Assembly: GCA_964016885.1 (NCBI GenBank)
Contig: OZ024742.1
Location: forward strand, 281,728,001 to 281,792,000
DNA length: 64,000 nucleotides
Reading direction: 5' to 3'
From: Eledone cirrhosa
Taxonomy: Eukaryota
Both the position numbers and the translations under genes were made by a program. Shown here in pieces: positions 59,773 to 64,000 of this stretch (positions are counted from its first letter, which is position 1; every line of letters starts with the position of its first letter). Below the pieces are notes generated by a model. The model was not told where the DNA came from. It saw nothing but the letters and a program-made list of their open reading frames with translations, and did not search any database.

Positions 59773-60263
59773 CAATAGGCCTATAGATATCTACCATATT
59801 GACGTTTCCATTCTCTGTAACAAGATCAGTGCGTGTTGGGAGAAGTCAGTTTCGTATGTCAATACCGACATGGAGAGCCTTTTTCAAAATTAACAGCTCA
59901 CTGACCTTCTGTAGAACCTTAACATCTTGTACCAGTAGCCCGCTATTAAGCAACATTTAGTGGTTTTAGATTTGGTAGTATTCGTACAGCTTTCGGGAAA
60001 TTTTAGGAGATGGTAGTATATGTGTAAAGTATTCAGGTCTAATGGAATTTATTGATAATATTATGTCTGAAGTCCTTCTTTTCATTCCACACCTTACATT
60101 AATCAGGTTTTAAAATTTGTGATGGCGTTTCTTTTGATTTCCTAATATACACTGAGTGGGTTGAAAACAATTTTATAGTAAAGATAATTCGTTGATGCAA
60201 TTAATTAATTGCAATGATTAAATTTATTACTGAAGGTCTTAGGTAGGAATTATTTGGAGTTTC

Positions 60264-60990
<727 letters not shown>

Positions 60991-61197
60991 GGGACTGTTT
61001 TATGACTCTCCTAACATGCATTTCTAGATTCTTCATTCCGTTTTACAGATAACAGATTATAAAGCGTATTGGGCTTGACTGTAATTGCTAGGTTCTAATT
61101 CATATGTTTGTGTGTCAGGGTGTAATGTGTAAGTACGCATGAGAATATGCATACGTATATATATGTATATATTTATATTTATATATATATATATTTT

Positions 61198-61401
<204 letters not shown>

Positions 61402-61599
61402 CAAATCAGACGGAATAACAACCAAGATCTTATTCCATCTCAATTGAATATTTATGATCTGTGTCTTTATCGCCTTCATCTACAAGAATTATATCGCTTT
61501 GATTTACAACCTGGATTTTGATTCCTGCATGATTTGACCTGAATAACGCATTGAGCTTAAGGCCCCTTGTTAAAATATTAGTGGATTTCCTTCCCTTTC

Positions 61600-61651
<52 letters not shown>

Positions 61652-62099
61652 AGATAAGCAGAACAAGTAAAATTCAACCAATTTTTCAAAATAAATCAAA
61701 ATTAATTTAAAATTAAAATTAATTAAAATTAAAAAATATAATATAAATATTTACCTCTTCAGATGGCCCTTACTGTACAGTTTCACTTTGCAAAACATTA
61801 GATATCCTATGGATATTAATGGAAAAACAAAGATCATCAGAGAAGCATTTTCCTTTCCTAGGGTTAAAAACCCAGGAACGATAAAATATATGACCTCTTC
61901 GCCAGCTAACACAGGCCTGAAAGGTCGTAAAAGTGACACGTATGTACGCCGGGCTGAAGTGAAGCGGGAAACCATAGACTTGTTGTCTATAGTTGCTACT
62001 GAAAAAAATAAAATAAAATAAAAATACCAGCTAAATAGAACAACAGATTTGTTCTCTACATAACGGAGAATAATATATATATATAGTTGTTATATACTA

Positions 62100-64000
62100 A
62101 GGTGTATTAGCTTGGCGATAGGTAAATCGGACTTCTTTGTCCGTAGAATGCGTTAGAAGGCCTTCCACTTCGATAGAGGAACACCAACAAACCACCCCAG
62201 GGAGGGAACGCGCGGCATCGAGGGAAAATTCAAATCCAGAAGAAACCCACCGCACAATAAGTACCTGGAGGAATTCGAACATGAAATGACTAACATAGTA
62301 TCCAACCTTAAGTTCAGGAAAAACCCACTCAAGAGAAAGAGCTACCTAAAATACTGAACGGTGATCTAGGAAAACTAAAGAACTCGACCGGCATTCTGGT
62401 GCACGCGGATAAAACGAACAACCTATACGATATGGATACAGTAACCTATGACGACCTGATAATCAGAGAACTTAGAAAAAACTACAAGAAAACTACACAT
62501 GCCAACCTGGATCTAATCATCACGGAGGCCAATAGCGTCATGACTAAACTGGGTATTGAAAATAAAACTGAGCCCTTCCATCCCAGAATTCTGAGGATGT
62601 TATTGAAAGACCACAAATTAGACTTTGAATCGTCAAGATCTGTCAGGCTAATAGCCCCTTCGAAATCGGACATAGGAATCGTGAGTAAAGACATCCTTGA
62701 TAAAATAATCCCCACTTTAGTTAAGAGATCGAAGTTTAAATTATGGTCAAGAATTAGTGAGGTAATTAACTGGTTTGAGAAATCGCAGAATAAGAATAGC
62801 ACTAAGATTATACAGTTCGATATCTCTAACTACTATTCTTCGATCTCTCCAGCTCTTCTAGGTAAGGCCCTTAAATTTTCTAGCTTACACACCGACCTTA
62901 CATCGGAAGAAATTAACATTATTCTCCTAGCAAGGAAAACCTTAATTGAGTTCAACAGAGACTTGTGGACTAGGAGAGACTGGCCGGACAATTTTGACAT
63001 AACCATGGGATCCACGGACTCGGCTCATGTGACGGATCTGGTGGGCTTTTGCATCCTCGACTGTCTTGGAGTGGAAATGATCCAATTGGGAGGTGGGGCT
63101 TACCGTGACGACGTTCTGTTTACTGTGTCGTATCATAATAATAGTATGGTAGAGAGGGTGTGAAAAAAACTAAGAAAATTCTTCAAAAACATAGACTTAA
63201 GTATAGTGTTTGAAGAAAACCTGAAGATAGTTAATTTTCTAGATGTTACACTTAATCTCAATTCAAGACTCTTCCAACCCTACCACAAACCCAACGAGAA
63301 TTTAAATTATGTCAACGCAAAATCGAACCACCCTAGAATAGTCACTAACGGTTTTACAAAAAGCGTCTCTAGTAGAATTTCAGGACTATCTTCCAATGAA
63401 GGTACATTCGATAGGATCTCATATTACTATAATAGCGCCTTGGAACGCGCGGGGCATAGCGAGGGAATCTCATTCAAACGTCCATTAGGTAGTAGTAGCA
63501 ACGATAGCTTAGGGCAAAATAGTGACACTTTAGTTAACAGCAGGCGGGAGGCGAAGGAGGATCAATATAGACTTCATGTTGTATTGCCTCCTAGTCCAAA
63601 TGACGACGGTACCAATGAGAATAACCACCCAGGTATAAACACGGTGTCCGAGCACCGTACAGCCAGCGGCAACTTTAATTATAACCTTAACTGTAGAGCT
63701 GATAAAACAACCGTTGAACGTAAAATAAAACGGAGGTCGGGTAGGAGCAACAGGGATAAATGTAGTAGGCGCATAGTGGATATAACCCCGGCTATCGAGG
63801 GAAATTCCAATAACTGCACGGAGACAATAACCGCTTCGGAGACTTGGGACGATCCCAAACACCACCTGGACACCCCGGGACATCATCGACCCACATGAAG
63901 TTATCAGTTCTAATAGACCTGTAGCAACCAAGGAGGCAGGTAACACTAGTATAGATAAGAAGAACAAGAGGCATCGGACCAGAAAAATCCTGTGGTACAA
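62100..64000 (+). mobile_element. Decayed PLE (family C-related clade), runs off the window end
   Basis: MR*KAF, ADKTNNLY, IQFDISNYYSSIS, FDITMGSTDSA, AYRDD, NFLDVTLNL; ends at RKILWY. Confidence 0.9.

Overview
A eukaryotic, repeat-saturated window that looks intergenic or intronic. I see no confident host gene. The extreme (TA)n/(CA)n content and the SINE types suggest a cephalopod such as Octopus (inference). Almost every ORF in the supplied track is a microsatellite artefact. The real coding remnants are at least six Penelope-like retroelements (PLEs; RT plus GIY-YIG), mostly inserted into (TA)n tracts and often with inverted pseudo-LTRs (pLTRs). Also present are a Tc1/mariner-superfamily element, a hAT-type MITE, old RTE, CR1/L2 and L1/Tx1 fragments, and many tRNA-derived SINEs. 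The most notable signal is non-coding. About 15 type I hammerhead ribozyme (HHR) motifs from several families can be folded by eye, many with non-canonical cores: U3-A8, U10.1·U11.1, an extra base after A9, or 44-65 nt structured inserts in loop II. The top candidate is an array at 40722-42693 of three apparently identical 591-bp non-coding units. Each unit carries a U3-A8 HHR with a branched stem II and a 10-nt palindromic helix III, and the array ends in a PLE-style 5' inversion. This is the architecture expected of a retrozyme-like non-autonomous element copied from a circular or multimeric RNA by PLE machinery. A second highlight is a head-to-head PLE pair (11705-20063) whose two defective arms together rebuild one intact ORF of about 714 aa and carry a ~2-kb microsatellite inside the element. 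All folds and alignments were done by eye, and coordinates may be off by a few bases.
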